DNA of 64,000 bases. Origin: Owenia fusiformis. Taxonomy: Eukaryota. Made by a program: the position numbers and the translations under genes. Below are positions 1 through 15,000 of this stretch, one piece after another. The stretch covers positions 24,800,001 through 24,864,000 of the forward strand of contig CAIIXF020000001.1 in assembly GCA_903813345.2 (NCBI GenBank). Direction: 5' to 3'. The notes under the pieces were generated by a model, which searched no databases, was not told the DNA's origin, and saw only the letters and a program-made list of their open reading frames with translations. Within the stretch, counting starts at the first letter, position 1. Each line of letters opens with the position of its first letter.

Positions 1-3000
1 TGACACAACAACAGTGGCTGACGCAACTACGGCAGATACTACAGCAGCTGATGCTACAAGTACAGTGGCTGACACAACTACAGCTGATGCTACAGCAACA
101 GTTACTGATGCAACAACGGCTGATGTTACAACAACAGTTGCTGACACAACTACAGAGGTTGACTCAACTACGGCAGATACTACAGCAGCTGATGCTACAA
201 CTACAGTGGCTGACACAACTGCAGCTGATGCTACAACAACAGTTGCTGATGCAACATCGGCTGATGTTACAACAACAGTAGCTGACATAACTACAGTGGC
301 TGATGCAACTACGGCAGATACTACAGCAGCTGATGCTACAACTACAGTGGCTGACACAACTGCAGCTGATGCTACAACTACAGTGGCTGACACAACTGCA
401 GCTGATGCTACAACAACAGTTGCTGATGCAACAACGCCTGATGTTACAACAACAGTTTCTGACACAACTACAGTGGCTGATGCAACTACGGCAGATACTA
501 CAGCAGCTGATGCTACAACTACAGTGGCTGACACAACTACAGCTGATGCTACAACAGCAGTTGCTGATGCAACAACGGCTGATGTTACAACAACACTATC
601 TGACACAACTACAGTGGCTGACGCAACTACGGCAGATACTACAGCAGCTGATAATACAACTACAGTGCCTGACACAACTACAGCTGATGCTACAACAACA
701 GTTGCTGATGCAACAACGGCTGATGATACAACAACAGTAGCTGACACAACTACAGTGGCTGACGCAACTACGGCAGATACTACAGCAGCTGATGCTACAA
801 CTACAGTGGCTGACACAACTACAGCTGATGCTACAACAACAGTTGCTGATGCAACAACGGCTGATGTTACAACAACAGTTGCTGACACAACTACAGAGGT
901 TGACGCAACTACGGCAGATACTATAGCAGCTGATGCTACAACTACAGTGGCTGACACAACTGCAGCTGATGCTACAACAACAGTTGCTGATGCAACAACG
1001 GCTGACACTACAACTACAGTGGTTGACACAACTGCAGCTGATGCTACAACAACAGTTGCTGATGGAACAACGGCTGATGTTACAACAACAGTTGCTGACA
1101 CAACTACAGTGGCTGACGCAACTACTGCAGATACTACAGCAGCTGATGCTACAACTACAGTGGCTGACACACCTACAGCTGATGCTACAACAACAGTTGC
1201 TGATGCAACAACGGCTGATGTTACAACAACAGTTGCTGACACAACAACAGTGGCTGACGCAACTACGGCAGATACTACAGCAGCTGATGCTACAAGTACA
1301 GTGGCTGACACAACTACAGCTGATGCTACAGCAACAGTTACTGATGCAACAACGGCTGATGTTACAACAACAGTTGCTGACACAACAACAGTGGCTGACG
1401 CAACTACGGCAGATACTACAGCAGCTGATGCTACAAGTACAGTGGCTGACACAACTACAGCTGATGCTACAGCAACAGTTACTGATGCAACAACGGCTGA
1501 TGTTACAACAACAGTTGCTGACACAACAACAGTTGCTGACACAACTACAGTGGCTGACGCAACTACGGCAGATACTACAGCAGCTGATGCTACAAGTACA
1601 GTTGCTGACACAACTACAGCTGATGCTACAACAACAGTTGCTGATGCAACAACTGCTGATGTTACAACAACAGTAGCTGATACAACTACAGTCACTAACA
1701 CAAATACGGCAGTTACTACAGCAGCTGATGCTACAACTACAGTGGATGACACAACTACAGCTGATGCTAGAACAACAGTTGCTGATGCAACAACGGCTGA
1801 TGTTACAACAACAGTAGCTGACACAACTACAGTGGCTGACGCAACTACGGCAGATACTACAGCAGCTGATGCTACAACTACAGTGGTTGACACAACTGCA
1901 GCTGATGCTACAACAACAGTTGCTGATGCAACAACGGCTGATGTTGCAAAAACAGTAGATGACATAACTACAGTGGCTGACGCAACTACGGCAGATACTA
2001 CAGCAGCTGTTGCTACAACTACAGCAGCTGATGCTACAACTAAAGTGGCTGACACAACTGTAGCTGATGCTACAACAACAGTTGCTGATGCAACAACGGC
2101 TGGTGTTACAACAACAGTTGCTGACACAACTACAGTGGCTGACGCAACTACGGCAGATACTACAGCAGCTGATGCTACAACTACAGTGGCTGACACAACT
2201 ACAGCTGATGCTACAACAACAGTTGCTGATGCAACAACGGCTGATGTTACAACAACAGTAGCTTACACAACTACAGTGGCTGACGCAACTACGGCAGATA
2301 CTACAGCAGCTGATGCTACAACTACAGTGGCTGACACAACTACAGCTGATGCTACAACAACAGTTGCTGATGCAACAACGGCTGATGTTACAACAACAGT
2401 AGCTGACACAACTACAGTGGCTGATGCGACTACGGCAGATCCTACAGAAGCTGATGCTACAACTACAGTGGCTGACACAACTACAGCTGATGCTACAACA
2501 ACAGTTGCTGATGCAACAACGGCTGATGTTACAACAACAGTAGCTGACACAACTACAGTGGCTGATGCAACTTCGGCAGATACAACAGCAGCTGATGCTA
2601 CAACTACAGTGGCTGACACAACTACAGCTGATGCTACAACAACAGTTGCTGATGCAACAACGGCTGATGTTACAACAACACTTGCTGACACAACTAAAGT
2701 GGCTGATGCAACTACGGCAGATACTACAGCAGCTGATGCTACAACTACAGTGGCTGACACAACTACAGCTGATGCTACAACAACAGTTGCTGATGCAACA
2801 ACGGCTGATGCTACAACAACAGTTGGTGACACAACTACAGAGGCTGACGCAACTACGGCAGATACTACAGCAGCTGATGCTACAAGTACAGTGGCAGACA
2901 CAACTACAGCTGATGCTACAGCAACAGTTGCTGGTGCAACAACGGCTGATGTTACAACAACAGTAGCTGACACAACTATAGTGGCTGACGCAACTACGGC

Positions 3001-6000
3001 AGATAATACAGCAGCTGATGCTACAACTACAGTGGCTGACACAACTGCAGCTGATGCTACAACAACAGTTGCTGATGCAACAACGGCTGATGTTACAACA
3101 ACAGTTGCTGACACAACTACAGTGGCTGACGCAACTACGGCAGATACTACAGCAGCTGATGCTACATCTACAGTGGCTGACACAACTGCAGCTGATGCTA
3201 CAACAACAGTGGCTGACACAACTACAGTGGCTGACGCAACTACGGTAGATACTACAGCAGCTGATGCTACAACTACAGTGGCTGACACAACTGCAGCTGA
3301 TGCTACAACAACAGTTGCTGATGCAACAACGGCTGATGTTACAACAGTTGCTGAAACAACTACAGTGGCTGACGCAACTACGGCAGATACTACAGCAGCT
3401 GATGCTACAATTACAGTGGCTGACACTACTACAGCTGATGCTACAACAACTGTTGCTGATGCAACAACGGCTGATGTTACAACAACAGTTGCTGACAGAA
3501 CAACGGTGGCTGACGCAACTACGGCAGATACTACAGCAGCTGATGCTACAATTACAGTGGCTGACACAACTACAGCTGATGCTACAACAACAGTTGCTGA
3601 TGCAACAACGGCTGATGTTACAACAACAGTTGCTGACACAACTACAGTGGCTGACGCAACTACGGCAGATACTACAGCAGCTGATGCTACAAGAACTGTG
3701 GTTGACACAATTACAGCTGATGCTACAGCAACAGTTGCTGATGCAACAACGGTGGATGCTACAACAACAGTTGCTGATGCAACAATGGCTGATGTTACAA
3801 CAGCAGTAGCTGACACAACTACAGTGGCTGTCGCAACTACGGCAGATACTACAGCAGCTGATGCTACAACTACAGTGGCTGACACAACTGCAGCTGATGC
3901 TACAACAACAGTTGCTGATGCAACAACGGCTGATGTTACAACAACAGTAGCTGACACAACTACAGTGGCTGACGCAACTTCGGCAGATACAACAGCAGCT
4001 GATGCTACAACTACAGTGGCTGACACAACTACAGCTGATTCTACAACAACAGTTGCTGATTCAACAACGGCTGATGTTACAACAACAGTAGCTGACATAA
4101 CTACAGTGGCTGACGCAACTACGGCAGATACTACAGCAGCTGTTGCTACAACTACAGCAGCTGATGCTACAACTACAGTGGCTGACACAACTGCAGCTGA
4201 AGCTACAACAACAGTTGCTGATGCAACAACGGCTGATGCTACAACAACAGTTGCTGACACAACTACAGTGGCTGACGCAACTACGGCAGATACTACAGCA
4301 GCTGATGCTACAACTACAGTGGCTGACACAACTACAGCTGATGCTACAACAACAGTTGCTGATGCAACAACGGCTGATGTTACAACAACAGTTGCTGACA
4401 CAACTACAGAGGTTGACGCAACTACGGCAGATACTATAGCAGCTGATGCTACAACTACAGTGGCTGACACAACTGCAGCTGATGCTACAACAACAGTTGC
4501 TGATGCAACAACGGCTGATGCTACAACAACAGTTGCTGACACAACAACAGAGGCTGACGCAACTACGGCAGATACTACATCAGCTGATGCTACAACTACA
4601 GTGGCTGACACAACTGTAGCAGATTATACAACAACAGTTGCTGATGCAACAACGGCTGATGTTACAACAACAGTTGCTGACACAACTACAGTGGCTGACG
4701 CAACTACGGCAGATACTACAGCAGCTGATGCTACAAGTACTGTGGCTGACACAACTACAGTGGCTGATGCAACTACGGCAGATACTACAGCAGCTGATGC
4801 TACAACTACAGTGACTGACACAACTACCGCTGATGATACAGCAACAGTTGCTGATTCAACAACGGCTGATGTTACAACAACAGTAGCTGACATAACTACA
4901 GTGGCTGACGCAACTACGGCAGATACTACAGCAGCTGTTGCTACAACTACAGCAGCTGATGCTACAACTACAGTGGCTGACACAACTACAGCTGATGCTA
5001 CAACAACAGTTGCTGATGCAACAACGGCTGATGTTACAACAACAGTTGCTGACACAACTACAGTGGTTGACGCAACTACGGCAGATACTACAGCAGCTGA
5101 TGCTACAACTACAGTGGCTGACACAACTGCAGCTGATGCTACAACAACAGTTGCTGATGCAACAACGGCTGATGTTACAACAACAGTAGCTGACACAACT
5201 ACAGTGGCTGACGCAACTACGGCAGATACTACAGCAGCTGATGCTACAACTACAGTGGCTGACACAACTTCAGCTGATGCTACAACAACAGTTGCTGATG
5301 CAACAACGGCTGATGTTACAACAACAGTAGCTGACACAACTACAGTGGCAGACGCAACTACGGCAGATACTACAGCAGCTGATGCTACAACTACAGTGGC
5401 TGACACAACTACAGCTGATGCTACAACAACAGTTGCTGATGCAACAACGGTTGATGTTACAACAACAGTTGCTGACACAACTACAGAGGTTGACTCAACT
5501 ACGGCAGATACTACAGCAGCTGATGCTACAACTACAGTGGCTGACACAACTGCAGCTGATGCTACAACAACAGTTGCTGATGCAACAACGGCTGATGTTA
5601 CAACAACAGTAGCTTACACAACTACAGTGGCTGACGCAACTACGGCAGATACTACAGCAGCTGATGCTACAATTACAGTGGCTGACACAACTACAGCTGA
5701 TGCTACAACAACAGTTGCTGATGCAACAACGGCTGATGTTACAACAACAGTAGCTGACACAACTACAGTGGCAGACGCAACTACGGCAGATACTACAGCA
5801 GCTGATGCTACAACTACAGTGGCTGACACAACTACAGCTGATGCTACAACAACAGTTGCTGATGCAACAACGGTTGATGTTACAACAACAGTTGCTGACA
5901 CAACTACAGAGGTTGACTCAACTACGGCAGATACTACAGCAGCTGATGCTACAACTACAGTGGCTGACACAACTGCAGCTGATGCTACAACAACAGTTGC

Positions 6001-9000
6001 TGATGCAACAACGGCTGATGTAACAACAACAGTAGCTTACACAACTACAGTGGCTGACGCAACTACGGCAGATACTACAGCAGCTGATGCTACAATTACA
6101 GTGGCTGACACAACTACAGCTGATGCTACAACAACAGTTGCTGATGCAACAACGGCTGATGTTACAACAACAGTTGCTGACACAACTACAGTGGCTGACG
6201 CAACTACGGCAGATACTACAGCAGCTGATGCTACAAGTACTGTGGCTGACACAACTACAGCTGATGCTACAGCAACAGTTGCTGATGCAACAACGGCTGA
6301 TGCTACAACAACAGTTGCTGATGCAACAATGGCTGATGTTACAACAACAGTAGCTGACACAACTACAGTGGCTGTCGCAACTACGGCAGATACTACAGCA
6401 GCTGATGCTACAACTACAGTGGCTGACACAACTGCAGCTGATGCTACAACAACAGTTGCTGATGCAACAACGGCTGATGTTACAACAACAGTAGCTGACA
6501 CAACTACAGTGGCTGACCCAACTTCGGCAGATACAACAGCAGCTGATGCTACAACTACAGTGGCTGACACAACTACAGCTGATTCTATTACAACAGTTGT
6601 TGATTCAACAACGGCTGATGTTACAACAACAGTAGCTGACATAACTACAGTGGCTGACGCAACTACGGCAGATACTACAGCAGCTGTTGCTACAACTACA
6701 GCAGCTGGTGCTACAACTACAGTGGCTGACACAACTGCAGCTGAAGCTACAACAGTTGCTGATGCAACAACGGCTGACGCAACTACGGCAGATACTACAG
6801 CAGCTGATGCTACAAGTACTGTGGCTGACACAACTACAGTGGCTGACGCAACTACGGCAGATACTACAGCAGCTGATGCTACAACTACAGTGACTGACAC
6901 AACTACCGCTGATGATACAGCAACAGTTGCTGATTCAACAACGGCTGATGTTACAACAACTGTAGCTGACATAACTACAGTGGCTGACGCAACTATGGCA
7001 GATACTACAGCAGCTGTTGCTACAACTACAGCAGCTGATGCTACAACTACAGTGGCTGACACAACTACAGCTGATGCTACAACAACAGTTGCTGATGCAA
7101 CAACGGCTGATGTTACAACCACAGTTGCTGACACAACTACAGTGGTTGACGCAACTACGGCAGATACTACAGCAGCTGATGCTACAACTACATTGGCTGA
7201 CACAACTGCAGCTGATGCTACAACAACAGTTGCTGATGCAACATCGGCTGATGTTACAACAACAGTAGCTGACATAACTAAAGTGGCTGATGCAACTACG
7301 GCAGATACTACAGCAGCTGATGCTACAACTACAGTGGCTGACACAACTGCAGCTGATGCTACAACTACAGTGGCTGGCACAATTGCAGCTGATGCTACAA
7401 CAACAGTTGCTGATGCAACAACGCCTGATGTTACAACAACAGTTTCTGACACAACTACAGTGGCTGATGCAACTACGGCAGATACTACAGCAGCTGATGC
7501 TACAACTACAGTGGCTGACACAACTACAGCTGATGCTACAACAACAATTGCTGATGCAACAACGGCTGATGTTACAACAACAGTAGCTGACACAACTACA
7601 GTGGCTGACGCAACTACGGCAGATACTACAGCAGCTGATAATACAACTACAGTGGCTGACACAACTACAGCTGATGCTACAACAACAGTTGCTAATGCAA
7701 CAACGGCTGATGATACAACAACAGTAGCTGACACAACTACAGTAGCTGACGCAACTACGGCAGATACTACAGCAGCTGATGCTACAACTACAGTGGCTGA
7801 CACAACTACAGCTGATGCTACAACAACAGTTGCTGATGCAACAACGGCTGATGTTACAACAACAGTTGCTGACACAACTACAGAGGTTGACGCAACTACG
7901 GTAGATACTATAGCAGCTGATGCTACAACTACAGTGGCTGACACAACTGCAGCTGATGCTACAACAACAGTTGCTGATGCAACAACGGCTGATGCTACAA
8001 CTACAGTGGTTGACACAACTGCAGCTGATGCTACAACAACAGTTGCTGATGGAACAACGGCTGATGTTACAACAACAGTTGCTGACACAACTACAGTGGC
8101 TGAGGCAACTACTGCAGATACTACAGCAGCTGATGCTACAAGTACAGTGGCTGACACAACTGCAGCTGATGCTACAACAACAGTTGCTGATGCAACAACG
8201 GCTGATGTTACAACAACAGTGGCTGACACAACTACAGTGGCTGACGCAACTACGGCAGATAGGTCAGCAGCTGATAATACAACTACAGTGGCTGACACAA
8301 CTACAGCTGATGCTACAACAACAGTTGCTGATGCAACAACGGCTGATGTTACAACAACAGTAGCAGACACAACTACAGTGGCTGACGCAACTACGGCAGA
8401 TACTACAGCAGCTGATGCTACAACTACAGTGGCTGACACACCTACAGCTGATTTTACAACAACAGTTGCTGATGCAACAACGGCTGATGTTACAACAACA
8501 GTTGCTGACACAACAACCGTGGCTGACGCAACTACGGCAGATACTACAGCAGCTGATGCTACAAGTACAGTGGCCGACACAACTACAGCTGATGCTACAG
8601 CAACAGTTACTGGTGCAACAACGGCTGATGTTACAACAACAGTTGCTGACACAACTACAGTGGCTGACGCAACTACGGCAGATACTACAGCAGCTGATGC
8701 TACAAGTACAGTTGCTGACACAACTACAGCTGATGCTACAACAACAGTTGCTGATGCAACAACGGCTGATGTTACAACAACAGTAGCTGACATAACTACA
8801 GTGGCTGACGCAACTACGGCAGATACTACAGCAGCTGTTGCTACAACTACAGCAGCTGACACACCTACAGCTGATGCTACAACAACAGTTGCTGATGCAA
8901 CAACGGCTGATGCTACAACAACAGTTGGTGACACAACTACAGAGGCTGATGCAACTACAGCTGATGTTACAACAACAGTTGCTGATGCAACAACGGCTGA

Positions 9001-12000
9001 TGGTACAACAACAGTAGCTGACACAACTACAGAGGCTGATGCAACTACAGCTGATGCTACAACAACAGTTGCTGATGCAACAACGGCTGATGTTACAACA
9101 ACAGTTGGTGACACAACTACAGTGGCTGACGCAACTACGGCAGATACTACAGCAGCTGATGGTACAAGTACAGTGGCTGACACAACTACAGCTGATGCTA
9201 CAGCAACAGTTGCTGCTGCAACAACGGCTGATGTTACAACAACTGTTGCTGACACAACTACAGTGGCTGACGCAAGTACGGCAGATACTACAGCAGCTGA
9301 TGCTACAACTACAGTGGCTGACACAACTGCAGGTGATGCTACAACAACAGTTGCTGACACAACTACAGTGGCTGACACAACTACGGCAGATACTACAGCA
9401 GCTGATGCTACAATTACATTGGCTGACACAACAACAGCTGATGCTACAATTACAGTTGCTGATGCAACAACGGCTGATGTTACAACAACAGTTGCTGACA
9501 CAACTACAGTGGCTGACGCAACTACGGCAGATACTACAGCAGCTGAAGCTACAAGTACAGAGGCTGACACAACTTCAGCTGATGTTACAGCAACAGGTGC
9601 TGGTGCAACTACGGCTGATGTTACAACAACAGTAGCTGACACAACTACAGTGGCTGATGCGACTACGGCAGATACTACAGCAGCTGATGCTACAAGTACA
9701 GTTGCTGACACACCTACAGTGGCTGACTCAACTACGGCAGATACTACAGCAGCTGATGCTACAACTACAGTGGCTGACAAAACTGCAGCTGATGCTACAA
9801 CAACAGTTGCTGATGTAACAACGGCTGATGTTACAAAAACAGTTGCTGACACAACTACAGTGGCTGACGCAACTACGGCAGACACTACAGCAGCTGATGC
9901 TACAAGTACAGTGGCTGACACAACTACAGCTGATACTACAACAACAGTTGCTGATGCAACAACGGCTGATGTTACAACAACAGTAGCTGACACAGCTACA
10001 GTGGCTGATGCGACTTCGGCAGATACTACAGCAGCTGATGCTACAACTACAGTGGCTGACACAACTACAGCTGATGCTACAACAACAGTTGCTGATGCAA
10101 CAACGGCTGATGTTACAAGAACAGTTGCTGACACAACTCCAGTGGCTGACACAACTACGGCAGATACTACAGCAGCTGATGCTACAACTACAGCAGCTGA
10201 TGCTACAACTACAGTGGCTGACACAACTGCAGCTGATGCTACAACAACAGTTGCTGATGCAACAACGGCTGATGTTACAACAACAGTAGCAGACACAACT
10301 ACAGTGGCCGACGCAACTACAGCAGATACTGCAGAAGCTGATGCTACAACTACAGTGGCTGACACACCTACAGCTGATGCTACAACAACAGTTGCTGATG
10401 CAACAACGGCTGATGTTACAACAACAGTAGCTGACATAACTACAGTGGCTGACGCAACTACGGCAGATACTACAGCAGCTGTTGCTACAACTACAGCAGC
10501 TGATGCTACAACTACAGTGGCTGACACAACTGCAGCTGATGCTACAACAACAGTTGCTGATGCAACAACGGCTGATGCTACAACAACAGTTGCTGACACA
10601 ACAACAGAGGCTGACGCAACTACGGCAGATACTACAGCAGCTGATGCTACAACTACAGTGGCTGACACAACTAAAGCTGATGCTACAGCAACAGTTGCTG
10701 ATGCAACAACGGCTGATGTTACAACAACAGTAGCTGACATAACTACAGTGGCTGACGCAACTACGGCAGATACTACAGCAGCTGATGCTACAACTACAGT
10801 GGCTGACACAACTGCAGCTGATGCTACAACTACAGTGGCTGACACAACTGCAGCTGATGCTACAACAACAGTTGCTGACACAACTACAGTGGTTGACGCA
10901 ACTACGGCAGATATTACAGCAGCTGATGCTACAACTACAGTGGCTGACACAACTGCAGCTGATGCTACAACAACAGTTGCTGATGCAACAACGGCTGATG
11001 TTACAACAACAGTAGCTGACACAACTACAGTGGCTGACGCAACTACGGCAGATACTACAGCAGCTGATGCTACAACTACAGTGGCTGACACAACTGCAGC
11101 TGATGCTACAACAACAGTTGCTGATGCAACAACGGCTGATGTTACAACAACAGTAGCTGACACAACTACAGTGGCTGACGCAACTACGGCAGATACTACA
11201 GCAGCTGATGCTACAACTACAGTGGCTGACACAACTTCAGCTGATGCTACAACAACAGTTGCTGATGCAACAACGGCTGATGTTACAACAACAGTAGCTG
11301 ACACAACTACAGTGGCAGACGCAACTACGGCAGATACTACAGCAGATGATGCTACAACTACAGTGGCTGACACAAATACAGCTGATGCTACAACAACAGT
11401 TGCTGATGCAACAACGGCTGATGTTACAACAACAGTTGCTGACACAACTACAGTGGCTGACGCAACTACGGCAGATACTACAGCAGCTGATGCTACAAGT
11501 ACTGTGGCTGACACAACTACAGCTGATGCTACAGCAACAGTTGCTGATGCAACAACGGCTGATGCTACAACAACAGTTGCTGATGCAACAATGGATGATG
11601 TTACAACAACAGTAGCTGACACAACTACAGTGACTGTCGCAACTACGGCAGATACTACAGCAGCTGATGCTACAACTACAGTGGCTGACACAACTGCAGC
11701 TGATGCTACAACAACAGTTGCTGATGCAACAACGGCTGATGTTACAACAACAGTAGCTGACACAACTACAGTGGCTGACGCAACTTCGGCAGATACAACA
11801 GCAGCTGATGCTACAACTACAGTGGCTGACACAACTACAGCTGATTCTACAACAACAGTTGCTGATTCAACAACGGCTGATGTTACAACAACAGTAGCTG
11901 ACATAACTACAGTGGCTGACGCAACTACGGCAGATACTACAGCAGCTGTTGCTACAACTACAACAGCTGATGCTACAACTACAGTGGCTGACACAACTGC

Positions 12001-15000
12001 AGCTGATGCTACAACAACAGTTGCTGATGCAACAACGGCTGACGCAACTACGGCAGATACTACAGAAGCTGATGCTACAAGTACTGTGGCTGACACAACT
12101 ACAGTGGCTGACGCAACTACGGCAGATACTACAACAGCTGATGCTACAACTACAGTGACTGACACAACTACCGCTGATGATACAGCAACAGTTGCTGATT
12201 CAACAACGGCTGATGTTACAACAACAGTAGCTGACATAACTACAGTGGCTGACGCAACTACGGCAGATACTACAGCAGCTGTTGCTACAACTACAGCAGC
12301 TGATGCTACAACTACAGTGGCTGACACAACTACAGCTGATGCTACAACAACAGTTGCTGATGCAACAACGGCTGATGTTACAACAACAGTAGCTGACACA
12401 ACTACAGTGGCTGACGCAACTACGGCAGATACTACAGCAGCTGATGCTACAAGTACAGTGGCTGACACAACTACCGCTGATGCTACAGCAACAGTTGCTG
12501 ATGCAACAACGGCTGATGTTACAACAACAGTAGCAGACAAAACTACAGTGGCTGACGCAACTACGGCAGATACTACAGCAGCTGATGCTACAACTACAGT
12601 GGCTGACACACCTACAGCTGATGCTACAACAACAGTTGCTGATGCAACAACGGCTGATGTTACAACAACAGTTGCTGACACAACTACAGTGGCTGACGCA
12701 ACTACGGCAGATACTACAGCAGCTGATGCTACAAGTACAGTGGCTGACACAACTACAGCTGATGCTACAACAACAGTTGCTGATGCAACAACGGCTTATG
12801 TTACAACAACAGTAGCTGACACAGCTACAGTGGCTGACGCAACTACGGCAGATACTACAGCAGCTGATGCTACAACTACAGTGGCTGACACAACTGCAGC
12901 TGATGCTACAACTACAGTGGCTGACACAACTGCAGCTGATGCTACAACAACAGTTGCTGATGCAACAACGGCTGATGTTACAACAACAGTTTCTGACACA
13001 ACTACAGTGGCTGATGCAACTACGGCAGATACTACAGCAGCTGATGCTACAACTAGAGTGGCTGACACAACTGCAGCTGATGCTACAACAACAGTTGCTG
13101 ATGCAACAACGGCTGATGTTACAACAACAGTTGCTGATACAACTACAGTGGCTGACACAACTACAGCAGATACTACAGCAGCTGATGCTACAAGTACAGT
13201 GGCTGACACAACTACAGCTGATACTACAACAACAGTTGCTGATGCAACAATGGCTGATGTTACAACAACAGTAGCTGACACAACTACAGTGGCTGATGCG
13301 ACTACGGCAGATACTACAGCAGCTAATGCTACAACTACAGTGGCTGACACAACTACAGCTGATGCTACAACAACAGTTGCTGATGCAACAACGGCTGATG
13401 CTACAACAACAGTTGCTGACACAACTACAGTGGCTGACGCAACTACGGCAGATACTACAGCAGCTGATGCTACAAGTACAGTGGCTGACACAACTACAGC
13501 TGATGCTACAGCAACAGTTGCTGATGCAACAACGGCTGATGCTACAACAACAGTTGCTGATGCAACAACGGCTGATGTTACAACAACAGTAGCTGACACA
13601 ACTACAGTGGCTGACGCAACTACGGCACATACTACAGCAGCTGATGCTACAACTACAGTGGCTGACACCACTGCAGCTGATGCTACAACAACAGTTGCTG
13701 ATGCAACAACGGCTGATGTAACAACAACAGTTGCTGAAACAACTACAGTGGCTGACGCAACTTCGGCAGATACAACAGCAGCTGATGCTACAACTACAGC
13801 AGCTGATGCTACAACTACAGTGGCTGACACAACTGCAGCTGATGCTACAACAACAGTTGCTGATGCAACAACGGCTGATGTTACAACAACAGTTGCTGAC
13901 ACAAATACAGAGGCTGACGCAACTACGGCAGATACTACAGCAGCTGATGCTACAACTACAGTGGCTGACACAACTGTAGCTGATGCTACAACAACAGTTG
14001 CTGATGCAACAACGGCTGATGTTACAACAACAGTTGCTGACACAACTACAGTGGCTGACGCAACTACGGCAGATACTACTGCAGCTGATGCTACAAGTAC
14101 AGTGGTTGACACAACTACAGCTGATGCTACAACAACAGTTGCTGATGCAACAACGGCTGATGTTACAACAACAGTAGCTGACACAACTACAGTGGCTGAC
14201 GCAACAACGGCAGATACTACAGCAGCTGATGCTACAACTACAGTGGCTGACACAACTACAGCTGATGCTACAACAACAGTTGCTGATGCAACAACGGCTG
14301 ATGTTACAACAACAGTAGCTGACATAACTACAGTGGCTGATGCAACTACGGCAGATACTACAGCAGCTGTTGCTACAACTACAGCAGCTGATGCTACAAC
14401 TACAATGGCTGACACAACTGCAGCTGATGCTACAACAACAGTTGCTGATGCAACAACGGCTGATGTTACAACAACAGTTGCTGATACAACTACAGAGGCT
14501 GACGCAACTATGGCAGATACTACAGCAGCTGATCCTACAAATACAGTGACTGACACAACTGCAGCTGATGCTACAACAACAGTTGCTGATGCAACAACGG
14601 CTGATGTTACAACAACAGTTGCTGACACAACTACAGAGGCTGACGCAACTACGGCAGATACTACAGCAGCTGATGCTACAACTACAGTGGCTGACACAAC
14701 TGTAGCTGATGCTACAACAACAGTTGCTGATGCTACAACGGCTGATGTTACAACAACAGTTGCTGACACAACTACAGTGGCTGACGCAACTACGGCAGAT
14801 ACTACAGCAGCTGATGCTACAAGTACAGTGGCTGACACAACTACAGCCGATGCTACAACAACAGTTGCTGATGCAACAACGGCTGATGTTACAACAACAG
14901 TAGGTGACACAACTACAGTGGCTGACGCAACTACGGCAGATACTGCAGCAGCTAATGCTTCAACTACAGTGGCTGACACAACTACAGCTGATGCTACAAC